DNA of 64,000 bases. Source: Harriotta raleighana. Its lineage: Eukaryota. The stretch's first letter is position 1. The number at the start of each line of letters is the position of its first letter. Location: assembly GCA_050575255.1 (NCBI GenBank), contig JBNZDD010013638.1:1991767-2055766 (forward strand), given 5' to 3'. Shown here one piece after another: positions 39,030 through 54,359 of the stretch. The notes under the pieces are model-generated. The model had not been told where the DNA came from, searched no databases, and worked only from the letters and a program-made list of their open reading frames with translations. Position numbers and translations under genes: made by a program.

Positions 39030-39450
39030 AAAATAATCTTTGCTTTTAATATAGCGACTTATCACATTGTTGAGACCTCTCAAAACACTTCACAGGATAA
39101 AGTACAGTGGTTTGACTGTATATTTGTGGGTGAAATGTGACAGCCAGATGAGCAAGGCAATGTCCCACAAACAGCCATGGAGTGAGTGACCAATTTTATC
39201 TGGGGCTTGTTGGCCAGTACACCGGGAGAAACTCCCTTCTCTTTTCAAATATTATATTGGGATCTTTAACATCTACCTGAACAAACAGATGGGATCTGGG
39301 TTTAACATCTCATCCGAAGGACAGCATCACCTACAATGCATCACCCCCCATGCTGCATTGGAATTAGCTCAGACTATGTGATACCAAGTGATTCCAAGCC
39401 AGAATCTTTTGACTCAGAGGTGAGAGTGCTATCACTGAGCCAGGCTGACA
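39030..39450 (-). mobile_element. Near full-length Deu/Nin-domain SINE
   Basis: Reverse strand: gtcagcctggctcagtgatagcactctc head, gtccttcggatgagatgttaaacc core, gtactggccaac, L2-like tail. Confidence 0.8.
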
Positions 39451-42400
39451 TGTGCAGGCAAATAAGCCTTTCATCTCAGGAGGATAGTCTCTAATGACAT
39501 TGCAAAGGGGTGGTTGTCATATGATCAGAGGTGCTGTTTTTCATACGAGATATTACACTGAAGGCTCTGTCTGTCTAACCAAACAGAGGTTGCAGCTGGT
39601 ATCCTGCTCACCAACCTACCAATTAAAAAAAAGACCATTCACTAAATGGCCATTGTGGGATACTACCGCCTGCAAAATCATTTTGTTATTAAAATAATTC
39701 AAGGAGAATCACGCTCCAGAGACTGTGGGCAACTTGATGGTTCCTAAGCCATTGGGACTGAGAATATAACAGAGGAAAGTACATAATCAGTCAACGAGGG
39801 AGGTGAAAGGATGCATTGCTTATGGAGAAACTTTGCAGCACTCTTCACCTTAAGAAAGGGTTAGTGTCTTTGGTACATTGTTCATTGAAGTAGTGGTTTT
39901 ACTGGGTTGCATGTTACATGTTTTCTTATACTGTATTAGGAACAAATGAGCTACAGATTTTCTTTCTGGCAAACGGAACATAATTTGTTTTAATACTGAC
40001 TGTCCAGTGCCTTGGGACATCCTCCTGACGTGAAAGGCGCAATACAAATTTAATTTTGTCAATGTTGTTTTAAGAAATCATTCTGTGCACAAGAGTGGGA
40101 TTTTATTTACAATCTTTGAATCTACTAGATTTAAGATTAGATCTTTATAATGCTGAGAGCAAAATTTTTGTGGATGCAAGCCGGGTTGTGGATTTGAGTG
40201 CAGAGAGACACACGGTTAAAATTAACAAGTGAGCGATTAGAAAAATGTAGGTTCACCCACTGAGTAAGGGACATGTGGAACTGATTCTCAATAAAAGCAG
40301 CTGACATCATCTTGATCAACGCCTTCGAAAACAAGATGACTAAATATCTGTTCAAATTTGAGATTAAAGGTTATATGAATAGGTATAGACTGAGATCATT
40401 AAACAATCTCTACTGACAAAGATTTTTTTGGGTGGAACGATGGTAACTGTGGAGAATGTTGAACAATGCAAATATAAAGATGATTATTCGTTATTTGATT
40501 TTTTTTGTCAGCCAAGTGTCCGACACACATGGATACCCATCACATGCTTTAAGAGCATCCACATCAAACTACTGAGAGTTTCACATATGTATGGTTTTAG
40601 TTTGTCTGACGTAGAGTATGTGTGCACCCGATCCTCAAAAGGATGTTCTCTACTTTTCTAATCCTGAATAGTTTAGGTGCACATTGTCAAGAGACAAGAT
40701 TTAGAGATCCCAGAGTATGTATTAGTTTATTGCTGGAATTTAATCAGCTAAACACATGCAGCTTTTCATTACGCACACTGGGACGCTTTCTGCAGTTTAT
40801 CAATGATAGTAACATCCTACTCATTAGGCTTTGGCATGCAGGATTAACATAGTTAAGTGCAAAGAATCCCATAGCCCAGTGATTGTTCTGCTCCCCCAAG
40901 CGAATTAGCCAGACTGTCTCCTCCACCATCAATAATTGTATTCAATTACCAAGTAGGATTGGAGCGAATTTACACAGCATTTTCTATCAGGAGATAGAAT
41001 TGCTCCTTCACTTCATGATTGTGGGAAATTGCCGTTTGCAAATTAGCTGCCTACAAATATACCACACAAACTATCCTTCATAATAAAATCCTGTGAAGAG
41101 TTTTGATGACATACACTGCATCAAATGCAACAATTATTATAATAAATGGGTACAGTAAGTGAGATAGGTTGCACATGGTCTATGTTTTATATAGCTCTAT
41201 ATGTTCCTATTCAGATTTGCTGTTTCAATATTCTTACACTAGTAGCTTTCTTTAGTTTTCTTTAACTTTATTGAGATTCATTATTGTAGAAGGAAGTGCC
41301 CCAGTATTAATTTTGATTAAACATAGAATTCAAGTTAATTTCTATTTACAGTAATTTATGTAAAAATTTCCAAAATACTGGACAATCTTAAATCCACTCT
41401 TAATTGAAAGCTGGTTTCATGCTATTCTTCTTAATTGTGGTACTGTATAAGAAATGTGAAAAACTGACTTCAGATTTAAAACTCAATTTAAGATATTTCA
41501 GAACTCAAATTTTAAGATAATCGCTTTAAGGCTAAGACAATTTGTGTTCCTTAGATCATGAACATGAAGTAATTTTGATTGGTTTCATGATGAAAAAAAA
41601 ATTCCAAATCAAAACTTGCTGAGTATCCAAACCCAATGGTTGACTTCTGTTGTGATAACATAGATAACATCAAGTTTCAATCAAGAAAATAGTTGTGTTT
41701 TACATTGAGAGGAGGTTTGGGAATAATTTTGGTTCTCAGAATAGATAAGACAAATTGCTTCAAAGTTCTGCTGTGATAAATACTGGGAACATGTCACATT
41801 GCAGCAAACATGCATCAACTGCAGTTTAAACTTCTTATTAAAGCTGTTTGCCAGTAGCCTCCAGAATATACACGTTAAATCTATTAAAATGTACTTTGAC
41901 TTTTACTGTCCACATGAATGCATTTCTGAGTCCAATTCTCTATATCGTGAGTAATTAGAATTTGAAACAAAAATGCCTCTATGTGTGCTGGGCGGGAACC
42001 ACCATCATATGTGTTTGCTGTATAACTGAAAACCTCTTAGAAGCTGACAAACAGCCAGCATAGTGTGAGTGAATTGGAGAAGTTGTACAGAGCAGACAAA
42101 AGTGCAATGCAGCAATATAGACTCTCGTGAGGAAACTAAATGTTTTGAAAGTGGGAAGAAACAAATTTGGTTTGCACTGCACTATTTGAAAAGAAAAGGG
42201 ATTTTCCAGATGAAGATAGTCTTTCACTTAGCGGTTGTGTTCAGGCACAGCTCTGTGCAAATTGACTGCTGCATTCACCCACAAATATAAAGTCACCACA
42301 CTTTATAAAAGGTCCTTGAGTCATTTCGCCTCCGTCAAATATTATTGTTACTATTATGATTTAAAATAAAGTAATACTTATGATTGGTATCGTGCCTTCC

Positions 42401-43671
42401 ATGTCGGGTTATTCACAGGATATACTGTAAGTATATTGACTCGGTGTTTTGTGGGAGAACGTGGCAGATATCGAACACAGCAGTTTCCCCAAAACAGCCA
42501 TGAAATGTGTAATTAATTTTATTTGGGGAACTGTTGGCCAGCACAAGGGGAGAAATTCCCTTTTCTTTTCGAACAATGCTATGGGATCTTTAACATCCAC
42601 TTGATCAGGCAGACAGGACCACAGTTTAACGTTTCAGGCAAAGGGCACACCTCTGACAATAAATACAAAGAATCACAAACATATTTACAATGTAACAGTA
42701 AAAAGATAAAATGGATGAAAAGGTGAATCAGGATCATAAAGACTAAGATAGATGGATGATTGCACACAATTTACATAACCCCTTTGTGGACTGAGAGAGC
42801 TCCCTCTATGGGAGAAGAGGAAGGACGATCAAGACAAGAAACAACAGAAATTACTAAATTATTAGATCACACAAGACATGATCGATCCTTTGCATCTTCT
42901 TTGATATACACTCTACCTTTTTCCTTTAACAGCTTCAAGCTGTGTCTGAAAGGATTTCAGCATCCTGGCTTCTAACACCCACCCTGCTAACCAACTATTG
43001 ATATTCCTCTATGTAAAGAAATAGTTCCCAGTCATAAAATTGCCATCTGGAGGGATCTTGACTGGCTATTAACAGATAGTTAAACATTGGGAGGGGTGGG
43101 CGGTGGGTGGGGGAGGGGGCAGGTGGGGGAAAGAGAAATGAAAACAGATGAGAGAGCAGCAAGAAGACGTGAAATTCCAGTGCATCTTAGGGGGCACGAC
43201 AGCATATGAAAAAACACAATTTGAACAATTTAGTGGAAGAACGAAGGAGACAGCTGAGGTATTAAAGGAAACATTTCAGCCGAAAATCCAAGCAATCCTA
43301 GGAAGATAACATCTCATTCCTGAAGTTTACGTTCAGCTTGGTTAAAGCAATGTAGGAGGTTAAAGAGTTCAGCAAGAGAGCAGAGGGCAGTTCAAGACTC
43401 TGAACTTCTGTTCTGTAAAAGTGCTGTTTATGATACCTGAAAATATTTTATTAGCTCTGAGCTGTGCAAAAGGAAGCAACAAAACAATGGGGGGAAACAG
43501 TGGCAGAGCAACATTTGGGGTCAGCAGTCACTTCATCCTGGATGGGTGAAGTGACTGCTCAGTATGTCCGATCAACTACTTCCAGCCTTCAGCTTGTCTA
43601 CTCCAAGACAATCTTAGAGGACAAGGTCAACCCCAGGCCCCTCTCCTCCATCACCAACAGGCTCCTCCACC

Positions 43672-46600
43672 CACACTCATTCATGCCTTGCCCATCGGGA
43701 TATTGCCTCCCTTTTCTCTCTTACTTCCCTCTTACCCCCTTTCTCCCCATTTATCCCTGCTTTTGCCCCCCAGCCACCTTTCCCTCACTATTCCCCCTTG
43801 ACCCCCTTTCTCCCCCTTTTCTTCCCTGATTTTACCCCACCCACCTTTCCCTCCATCTCCCACCTTACCCTCTTTTCCCACTTTCTCCCCCAGCCCCACT
43901 TCCGTGACTGTTTGTAGGACACTGCTGTGCGCAATTTGGCTGCTGCGTTTCGCCCAAAATATACAGTCAATTTTTCCTACTTTCCTTCCCCCGACCCCTC
44001 CTCCACTGCTCTAGTTCCTACTTGATTGTACAGCACCTTGGGACGTCCTCCTGATGCTATATAAAGGCGCTATATAAATTTAATTTTGATTGATTGATTG
44101 TCTCCTCCAACACAGAGGTGATTTTCTTCCAACCCCCACACCGCCTTGTGCGGTGTTCCTCATGGGTCTGTCCTTGGTCCCCTCTTCTTCACCCTCTACA
44201 TGCTCCCTCTTGGTGACGACATCTGCAGACATGGGGTAAATTTCCACTTGTATGTGGATGACACCCAACTCTACCTTTCCGCTTCCACACTCAACTCCAG
44301 GACTTCTGGCATCCTGACAGCCTGCCTGTCTGACATTGAGTCCTGGACAAGAGACAACTTTCTCTAGTTGAACGTCAGTAAGACTGAGGCCCTGCTGATT
44401 GGCTTGTGTCAGCGCCTCCACACCTCAGGCACTGGCAGCATCAGAATCCATGGCTGCACACTCCACCTCATGAAGCCAGTCAGGAACCTGGGTGTCTTAT
44501 TTGACCCTGAACTATACTTTCTTCCGCACATCTGCTCCATGACTAGTACTGCCCTCTACCACCTCAGTAACATTGCCAAACTGCGATACTGCCTCATCCC
44601 TCAGCCTTGTCCATGCATTTGTCACATCAAGGCTTGACTGCAGAAACTCCCTCCTCATTGGCCTTCCTAGCTCTTCGCTCCACAAGCTGCAGATCATCCA
44701 AAACTCTGCAGCTCATGTCCTCCCCCACACTAGGCTCCGTGACCCCATCATTCCCACCCTCACCCAGCTCCATTGGCTCCCCATCCCCCCAGAGGATTGA
44801 ATTCAAGATCTTCGGCCTCACTTTCAAGGCCATCCACGGCCTTGCCTCTTCCTATCTCTTCAACCTGCTGACTCCCTACCAACCTGCCTGCCCCACTCCA
44901 TTCAGCGGGCTCCGGTCTGCTCCATGTCTCCCATCTGACCCGTCCTATCATTGGTGGCTGGACTTTTAGTCTCTCTGCCCAAACATTCTGGAAATCCATC
45001 CCACAGTCCCTTCACCTTGTTTCCTTCCTTGCCTCCTTCAAGACTGATCTCAAGACCCTCCTTTTCGATCATGCCTTCTGCCACCCTCCCACCTCTCTGC
45101 CTACCCCATACACTGTTCCTCCCCCATGCTTGGGTCCTGATCCCTGATTGTTCAGCGACTTGGGACGTGCTCCTGACGTGAAAGGCGCTCTATAAATGCA
45201 ATTTTGTGTTGTTGTTTGCTGTTGTGATGCTGGACTTCTTTGAAACTAAAGTCGAGGACATCTGCTCAGTTGCTTCTGCCGTTCTGACCACCAACTCCTC
45301 CCCATCTCCCCCTCACACCCCAGCCTCAACCATCCCTTCCTTCATACCTTTGACCCTCTCCTCTCTCATCACTACCATAACCCATTTCAAACCCACCAGC
45401 TGCACCTTCAATGTCACCCTTACCCCCCTCCTTACCTCACAGTTCCACCTCCTTTTTCCCTGTACTCATAGACATCATAAACCTCTCCCTGTCCACTGGC
45501 ACTGTTCCCACCTCTTTNCACACTCATTCATGCCTTGCCCATCGGGATATTGCCTCCCTTTTCTCTCTTACTTCCCTCTTACCCCCTTTCTCCCCATTTA
45601 TCCCTGCTTTTGCCCCCCAGCCACCTTTCCCTCACTATTCCCCCTTGACCCCCTTTCTCCCCCTTTTCTTCCCTGATTTTACCCCACCCACCTTTCCCTC
45701 CATCTCCCACCTTACCCTCTTTTCCCACTTTCTCCCCCGGCCCCACTTCCGTGACTGTTTGTAGGACACTGCTGTGCGCAATTTGGCTGCTGCGTTTCGC
45801 CCAAAATATACAGTCAATTTTTCCTACTTTCCTTCCCCCGACCCCTCCTCCACTGCTCTAGTTCCTACTTGATTGTACAGCACCTTGGGACGTCCTCCTG
45901 ATGCTATATAAAGGCGCTATATAAATTTAATTTTGATTGATTGATTGTCTCCTCCAACACAGAGGTGATTTTCTTCCAACCCCCACACCGCCTTGTGCGG
46001 TGTTCCTCATGGGTCTGTCCTTGGTCCCCTCTTCTTCACCCTCTACATGCTCCCTCTTGGTGACGACATCTGCAGACATGGGGTAAATTTCCACTTGTAT
46101 GTGGATGACACCCAACTCTACCTTTCCGCTTCCACACTCAACTCCAGGACTTCTGGCATCCTGACAGCCTGCCTGTCTGACATTGAGTCCTGGACAAGAG
46201 ACAACTTTCTCTAGTTGAACGTCAGTAAGACTGAGGCCCTGCTGATTGGCTTGTGTCAGCGCCTCCACACCTCAGGCACTGGCAGCATCAGAATCCATGG
46301 CTGCACACTCCACCTCATGAAGCCAGTCAGGAACCTGGGTGTCTTATTTGACCCTGAACTATACTTTCTTCCGCACATCTGCTCCATGACTAGTACTGCC
46401 CTCTACCACCTCAGTAACATTGCCAAACTGCGATACTGCCTCATCCCTCAGCCTTGTCCATGCATTTGTCACATCAAGGCTTGACTGCAGAAACTCCCTC
46501 CTCATTGGCCTTCCTAGCTCTTCGCTCCACAAGCTGCAGATCATCCAAAACTCTGCAGCTCATGTCCTCCCCCACACTAGGCTCCGTGACCCCATCATTC

Positions 46601-47364
46601 CCACCCTCACCCAGCTCCATTGGCTCCCCATCCCCCCAGAGGATTGAATTCAAGATCTTCGGCCTCACTTTCAAGGCCATCCACGGCCTTGCCTCTTCCT
46701 ATCTCTTCAACCTGCTGACTCCCTACCAACCTGCCTGCCCCACTCCATTCAGCGGGCTCCGGTCTGCTCCATGTCTCCCATCTGACCCGTCCTATCATTG
46801 GTGGCTGGACTTTTAGTCTCTCTGCCCAAACATTCTGGAAATCCATCCCACAGTCCCTTCACCTTGTTTCCTTCCTTGCCTCCTTCAAGACTGATCTCAA
46901 GACCCTCCTTTTCGATCATGCCTTCTGCCACCCTCCCACCTCTCTGCCTACCCCATACACTGTTCCTCCCCCATGCTTGGGTCCTGATCCCTGATTGTTC
47001 AGCGACTTGGGACGTGCTCCTGACGTGAAAGGCGCTCTATAAATGCAATTTTGTGTTGTTGTTTGCTGTTGTGATGCTGGACTTCTTTGAAACTAAAGTC
47101 GAGGACATCTGCTCAGTTGCTTCTGCCGTTCTGACCACCAACTCCTCCCCATCTCCCCCTCACACCCCAGCCTCAACCATCCCTTCCTTCATACCTTTGA
47201 CCCTCTCCTCTCTCATCACTACCATAACCCATTTCAAACCCACCAGCTGCACCTTCAATGTCACCCTTACCCCCCTCCTTACCTCACAGTTCCACCTCCT
47301 TTTTCCCTGTACTCATAGACATCATAAACCTCTCCCTGTCCACTGGCACTGTTCCCACCTCTTT
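43672..47364. repeat. 1846 bp near-identical tandem duplication across a single N (45518)
   Basis: 43672-45517 equals 45519-47364 at offset 1847, with identical ORF sets. One A/G difference noticed (43892 vs 45739). Confidence 0.95.
44100..45225 (+). mobile_element. L2 LINE RT C-terminal part and tail (second copy 45947-47072)
   Basis: GVPHGSVLGPLFFTLYMLPLG..FHLYVDDTQLYLS, VRNLGVLFD, AFVTSRLDCRNSLLIGLP, LHWLP; stops and frameshifts present. Confidence 0.92.
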
Positions 47365-48250
47365 AAAAATGGCTTTCATTACTCCTATATTTAAAACACT
47401 CTCATGTCCAACATCTCTTTCCATTCTAAGGTCCTGGAATACTTCCCTACTTCAGCCCTTCCCTCCTGTGAAATATGCCTTCAATAGGGTTTCCATGCAC
47501 CAACATCATTGGAACAGCTTTAGTTAAAGGGATGAATGCCAATTTGTCCATCTGCAACCAGGATTCCCTCTGCCTCCTCATCCTCCATGAACTCTCTGCC
47601 TCCTTTAATATCATTGATCACTCTATCCTCTTCCCCCACTTCTTCTCTCACCTCAAACTTCATGGTTCTGCCCTTGAAAGGTTCTCGCCCCCGCACTATC
47701 TTCTGTAGATTTTCTCAGGGTTCTGCTCTACTTTTCAACATCTAGATGCTCCCTCTTGGTGAGAGAAGTCAATTTCCACATGTATGTGGATGGCCCCCTA
47801 CTCTTTCTGTTTGCCTCCAACCTCCACTCCAGGATCACAACTGAAATGACAGAATGCCTGTCAGTCATCAAGTCCTGGATGAGAACTAACTTTCTAAGTT
47901 GAATATCAACAAGACCAAGGTCCTCCTGATTATCCAGTGCCTTGGGACATCCTCCAGGCATGATAGGCACTTTACAAATAGAATTTTGTTGCTGTTGTAG
48001 TCCCTTGTGCCACTATCGATGGCTGCACTTTCAGCTGCTGAAACTCTGGAATACTCTTCCTCTATCCCTTCCTTCACTATCTTCAGGTCATGCCTGAAGA
48101 CCTTCCTCTTCAACCGTGCCTACAGTCATCCCTCCTCCCTCAGAGTCACCTCCCCACCATTCAAGCTCAGTGGTCCACCACTGTCAAACAATCTAGGATT
48201 GTATCCTGCGTGAGGGGTGTTATATAAATGCAAGTTGTTTTTGTTGTTGC
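47073..48250 (+). mobile_element. Degenerate L2 LINE fragments (RT N-terminal part, then 3' tails)
   Basis: DIINLSLSTGTVPTSLKMAFITPIFK, LSASFNIIDHSIL; tails at ~47935-48000 and 48190-48250. Confidence 0.8.
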
Positions 48251-48409
48251 TCTACTGAATTGACATGCCTGGCAATGTCATAATTAAACCAGCCCTCTGT
48301 GGTGGTTTTGGTAGTCTGGCTTCCGAGCCAAGTGAATCTGCAGTATTCCAGGGCACTCCTAATGAATGCACAGCTGGTCTGGCTCAACGGGAGGATCTGG
48401 AAGCCACTG

Positions 48410-48800
48410 CAACAACAGCAGCTTTGATTTATAAAGCGCCCTCCATGCTGGACGGCGTCTCAGAGTGCTTCACAGATCCCGAGCCCGAGCCGTGGACACG
48501 AGGAAAAAGGTGACCGAAGGTGCAGTCAAAAAGAAAGGTCTTCAGCTGAGACCTGAAACTAGGAAGAGAGGGGGCGAGGTGAAGCAAGTGAGGAAAGGAG
48601 TTCTAGAGCTTTGGGGTGTAGTGGCTGAAAGCACGGCCGCCGATGGTGAAGCGGAGGATTCGGGGGGGCAAGAAGGAGACCAGAACTGGAGGAGTAAAGG
48701 CAAAGGGGTGCTGTGTTGGGGAGAGAGGAGGTCAGAGAGGTAGAGGGGTGCAGAGGAGTGGAGAGATTTGAAAACAAGAGTGAGGATCTTGAAGTCAAGG
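48410..48800 (-). mobile_element. L2 LINE 3' end, tail-to-tail with 48000-48250
   Basis: Closely homologous to 3228-3620. Confidence 0.8.
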
Positions 48801-50334
48801 GGCAGGAAGACATCCCACGCAGCTTTTCAGATTGTGATATCAATGGCAAGCTATACAATTTTAGTTGGTTAAATTCTAGCAGTACTGCAACTGTGGTGTC
48901 CCCCAAGATTTGGGTTTTGTCAACCTGCGTACAATACTTTCTGGAATTAGGTAAGCATGAATAGGAGTAGTCTCTCTATGGAGGGAATGTGCATTCCATT
49001 CCAACAATCTCTCTGGATTTTCCATGTGTAGATAGGATGCTTGGAAATTTCAGCTTGGTTTGGATACATGTAAGAAAATGAATCTGAAGAAAAACAAATT
49101 CTATTCAAAGGTTCCATTCACTAAGAATACTTTGAAGCAGCCTATGTTCTTGTTGGAATACGTCACACTTCACAGAGTGCAGAGAAGAGCAATACTGAGG
49201 TTAAAAATATGACATTAACTAAACAAAAATAAGTCACCAACATGGTGAAATGTTGATCATGGGCTGTTTCTCAGTTGAGAAAGGCAGAGGCTCGCTGACA
49301 GAAGATCAGAAAGCAAATCTCCTGCAGATAAATCCTTTGCCATCTTTCAGATTTGTGATGCATCTCTTTTTTAAGGAGATTTACTATTCAAATTTGTAAA
49401 CAAATCAAACAATTTCAGTCATAAAACATAATAATAATCTTTGCATTTGACACAACACCTTATCAGGTTGTCAAGATGTCCCAAAAAGCGCTTTCCAGAA
49501 TTCGACTATAAAGTCCAGTGAATATCTATTGTATTTTAGGTGAATACAGCAGTCAACTTGCATTTGGCAATATGTGTATGCCACACATATCCATCAACAA
49601 GCAGCACAGAGTGACTTACCCATTTCAACCTCAATAGTACTACTGGATTACCAACTCTCTCCACATCACATTCTTTAATCGTTACATATTAAAAAATTTA
49701 AGTATCTTTAAATTGAGTGCTGCTCCTTTCTTCCCAAACATAGAACATTACTGAGTTGCACTCGATATGGATTGGTCGCATGAAAAAGACATCTGATATT
49801 TTTATTTTGCGATGTGATTAACAGAATTTATGGAGACTCAAAAAGGTTTTTCAGGGGTGCTCCTGGGACTAGATTTACCAGCAAACATGAACTCATCTTA
49901 AAGTCTCATCAAAAAGACTGCAATGCAGGTTTTCTCCAATGTCTTAAGTGGATCTAAAGCCCACAAGCTTCTAAAGCCCACAGGCAAAGTGTGCTGGTAA
50001 CTGAGCCAAACTGACAAGCTAATCTCAAAATTTATGCATAACTACGAACCGTACCCTCAACTAGAAACTTATGCAAACAGTTAGCCTTAACAAATCCTCT
50101 TTCACAAGATGCACAGCCATTGACTAAACATGAACAGAGACATCACAACCCCCGCAGTCTCTGCACACAACTCCTTCTCAAGGCATCTCTGTATTTGCTA
50201 TGATTCTGGAAAAAAAATTGCATCAGCACATCTTCCAGGCAGTTTGTAACTCAAGAGTAAAATGAGATCTAGTGCTCTTTCAATGAAATAGCAAATTATT
50301 CGTGGGAATGTGAAGTAATGTTATTATTCTTGTA

Positions 50335-50610
50335 CTAATAATACCTTGCATTTAATATAGCGCTTTTCACATCTTCTAGACGTCTCGAAATGCTTCACAG
50401 AATATATTGTAAACTGAATTGACTGTACAGTATATTTGTGGGCGAAACGCGGCAGCCATTTGCGCACAAATGACCAATTGTTTTTTTGAGAGTTTATTAT
50501 TAGGCATGTGGAGTAAGGAAACTTGGCAAGGTTTTTCCCTGACCAGCCTGGATTCAAATACAGGTCTCACGCTTGTAAGCCAAGTGATCTAACCACTGAG
50601 CTACAGTACC
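50335..50610 (-). mobile_element. tRNA-SINE, near full length
   Basis: Head, cttgccaagtttccttactcc body and tail all present. Confidence 0.82.
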
Positions 50611-51959
50611 TGCTTTTTGGAACATTTTTAAATGATAAAACTCATATATAAACATAATTCCCCCTTTCCAATTTTTGGTAGCATGAGATAATTCTGCACA
50701 AAGTGTCAGCATGATTTTCTTTTGGTCAGTCAGGTATATGACCCATTGCCATGCTTAATAGCATCCAAACCAAACACTGAGTTCCATGAATCCCACCTAA
50801 GCATGGAAATCCAGAAATATTTATTTTGAATTTGTTTGTTAGGATATTTTTCGTTAGGATTTTATATTATAACAGCCATTACCACATAACCCAACGACAC
50901 CCTCAACTGGAATCTGCAGACTTTTCCGGTAAGAATAACTATCAGTAAGAGGTACCCAAGGCAAGATGTCTACTCTGTATCTTGGAGACATTGAAGCCAA
51001 TTATAGCTAAAATAATCTAACTAAACAAAGACCAGAGATTAAAATGAAAAGTAATTCTTGCATTTGAGATGTCTCAAAGCGGTTTATAGAATATATTGTA
51101 AAGTTGATATTGTGGGCAAAACGTGACAGCCAATTGCACACAACAGTGTCCCACACAGAATTGAGGACTGAGTTTTTTTTGAACGAATATTACCCCTGGA
51201 ATGCGACCCACCAATCGATAGCAGGGATGTTTCAAAGTTTTGGTTCATATGATTCAGTATTGTATCATGTGAGCCAGTAGGGAATATGAGCTGCACATAA
51301 TATTGGATTGGATATTTTTTGAATTATAAAGAGTCTCGTTGTAGTAGCTGAATCCTAATAGGGATCAATACTTACTGGCCAGAGACAAATATGGTCTAAG
51401 TGGGATTTAGTTTTGGATTTATTTCTCACCAGACATAATAGACTCTATTGGAGGCATTGACCCCACCCTAACCACCAGATCATGTGAAATTCTTTCATTT
51501 AGATGGTGAAGTGCTCTGAGACGCTGCTCCACTGAAATGAATGCAAGTAGTTTAACCTAAGTACTTCCAACGCACATAATTTCAATTGTGGATCTGTTAT
51601 GAAGATTACACGATGACCTTACATGTTTGACTTTTATATAAGAAACACACATATCCCAAAGAAAGTTTCAGGCTTGTTGCTTCTAAACAATCTGTCCTAC
51701 TCTGCAACATTACTTTATCATTGAGAAATGCAAAATAAATCAACACTTTTCTCACATAAAACAAGGCACAAAGCAGAAATTGAATCCAGACTTTTTAAAG
51801 TTGCTTTTATTAAATGGAAAATTTATTTTTGATATCTTAATCTATGCACAAGTAATCCTAATCCATATAGGGTAATAGACGTTTGCAGCAAATCAATCAG
51901 ACAATTTGTCTGAAATCATGAACTGTTAGAAATTTGCTATGACCTTTAATACCGATTCT

Positions 51960-52440
51960 AAACTCTACATGCTACCTCTTGGGGATGACACCCAACTCTA
52001 TCTCTCTGCCTCCAACTCCGACTCCAGAACCACAACTCCAGAATGTCGGTCAGATAACAAGTCCTGGATGAGAGCTAACTTTCTACATTTAAATGTCGAC
52101 AAGACCGAGGCCCTTCAGTGGCTCTCCCACTGCCTCTATCTTAAGGCCACCAAAATCCACACCCCTGCATTTATTTCATTTACGCTTGACTATGCCATCA
52201 CCTTGCTTGTTGGGATTCCCATCTCTTCCCTCCACAAGCTGTAAGTCATCCAGGACTCTGGCTCCACTGGCTCCCCATTCCCCAGAGGATAGACTTCAAA
52301 TTTTTGTCCTTGCCTTCAAATCCCTCCATGGCCTTGTCCTTCCTTCCTCTGTTACCTGCTCACGAAATATCAATCTTTCTGCTCCCTCCATTCAGCAGGC
52401 TCTGGCTTGCTCCACATCCCTGCCCTGTCTGCCCCACCAT
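51960..52440 (+). mobile_element. L2 LINE fragment with internal deletions
   Basis: LYMLPLGDDTQLYLS..SWMRANFLHLNVDKTEAL. Confidence 0.8.
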
Positions 52441-54359
52441 CAAAATAGGAAGACTTTGCTAACTGTGATTATGTCATATATAAATGTACTCTATGCTCTA
52501 AAATCGTAAAATATTACCAACTACTACCAACATAACAGGGATTAAAAGCAAGCACATTGTTAATGGGAAGCAAGCAATAAACAGTCTGATCTAATGCTTA
52601 CAGAATAGGATTTCAAACATGTCCAAAGTCACAGTTAAAAACACTCTCACAGTCAATCTTTGTCCTTGATCTCCAGTCAGGTTCTCTCAGAAAGCCAAGC
52701 ATTTTGTGAAAGATGATGTATGTTTTGAAAGTGTAATTTTGTTAAATATTTTGGAAAATGGATATGTTAGAAGGATTACTTCACTGATTGAACTTTTAGC
52801 ACCACTGCTGAAGTCATTGCAAAATTCCGAGCTACTTCCACCTATCCTGCCTCAAAAGTTTCTGAAAAAAAAACATGAAGGGAATATAGCACAACGCTTT
52901 AAGTGTGCAATTTAATTACAGTGTTAGATTATAAAATAATAATCCTTGGATTTGATATAGATTATCACATTGTTGAGATGTCTCATCGTGCTTCACTGAA
53001 TATACTGTAAAGCAAATTGACTGTATATTTTGTGGGTGAAGTACAAGAAATGTTATGTCCAGCATGTTTCAGGGGGTTATACTACTACAACATTATTGAA
53101 CATTAGAATGCTATTTATGAACTATTTGGAGGGCACGTGAGGTAAAAAGTGTGAAGACTTAAAAACCATCAATCGTCTTTCTATGTTCTCCACATGAAAC
53201 AATTGACAGACAATAAACACAAACAGGGACATGAGGGGGAAATTGAAGCTGACTGTCTTTTACTATAACACATCATGTAATGGAGAACAGATGCTAACAT
53301 CTTTAATACCAAACACAAGAAGGTCAACCTCTCGCTAAAGCTTTACAATGATAAGAAATGCTGTAAAACGCTTGAGAATGGAAAGTCCCACAACACATAA
53401 ATCCTCTTTCTAGAACTTTGCAGCCTGCAGTAAACCAGTTTATTTTTTCGACAGGAACAATCAATACACTTTACTGGAAAGCAGCGAGTTTTTCAAGCCA
53501 ATAAGTTAATCAATTGGCTATTGATGTCACAAATCACAAAAGCAAATCGCCCGTCTTATCTAAATAGTTTCTCTGTCTTATAACTCACTCCTACTGTAAC
53601 CATGTATAATGTTATCATTTGTTTTTCATCAAATATACAACAGCAGCTTGCATTTATATAGCACTCTTCACTTCGGATAACATCTCAAAGCAATTTACAA
53701 TGATTCGGGCGGATGGCAAACAGGAAAGAGAGGGGAGGGGGCAAGGAAAAATGACTGTAGGAGCAGTTGTAGAGTAAGTTTTTATGATGGTACTTAAAGA
53801 ATGATGACGTGCAGGTGAGACAGTGGCGTAGAAGGAGGAAGTTCCAGACAGTAGGGTCGTAGAATCCTTTGAGAGTATTTTGTCCACAAAACACAGTCAA
53901 AAACACACTACATTATATTCTATGAATCACATTGAGAAGCCTCAATGGCGTGATAAGATGCTATATCAAATGCAAGGATTATTATCAATATTATCTAAAG
54001 CTTGGTGTCCGTGCGGAGAAGGTGGAACAGATGTGCAACAGATCTGAGGAGCAAGCAGAGCAGTGGTGAAGCTGAGGACCCTTGGAATCAATCCACTCAG
54101 AGAAAGATGGAGCCTGGTGTGGACTAGGGTGATGGACATGTGGAGATCTGTGCAGGTGCAGACGCAGGCAGTGGAGGTTTGGATGAATTGGAGATAATGG
54201 ATGCATGTAATTATGTGCACAAAATGAATTGTTTGCATATAATCTGAATACAATTTTTTTTCTCACAAGGGAAAACACTGAGGTTGGAAATGTAGCAGTC
54301 ACAATCTGGATATGCAGAGGATTGCAAATATTAAATCATGTCAATATCCGGATATGCAT

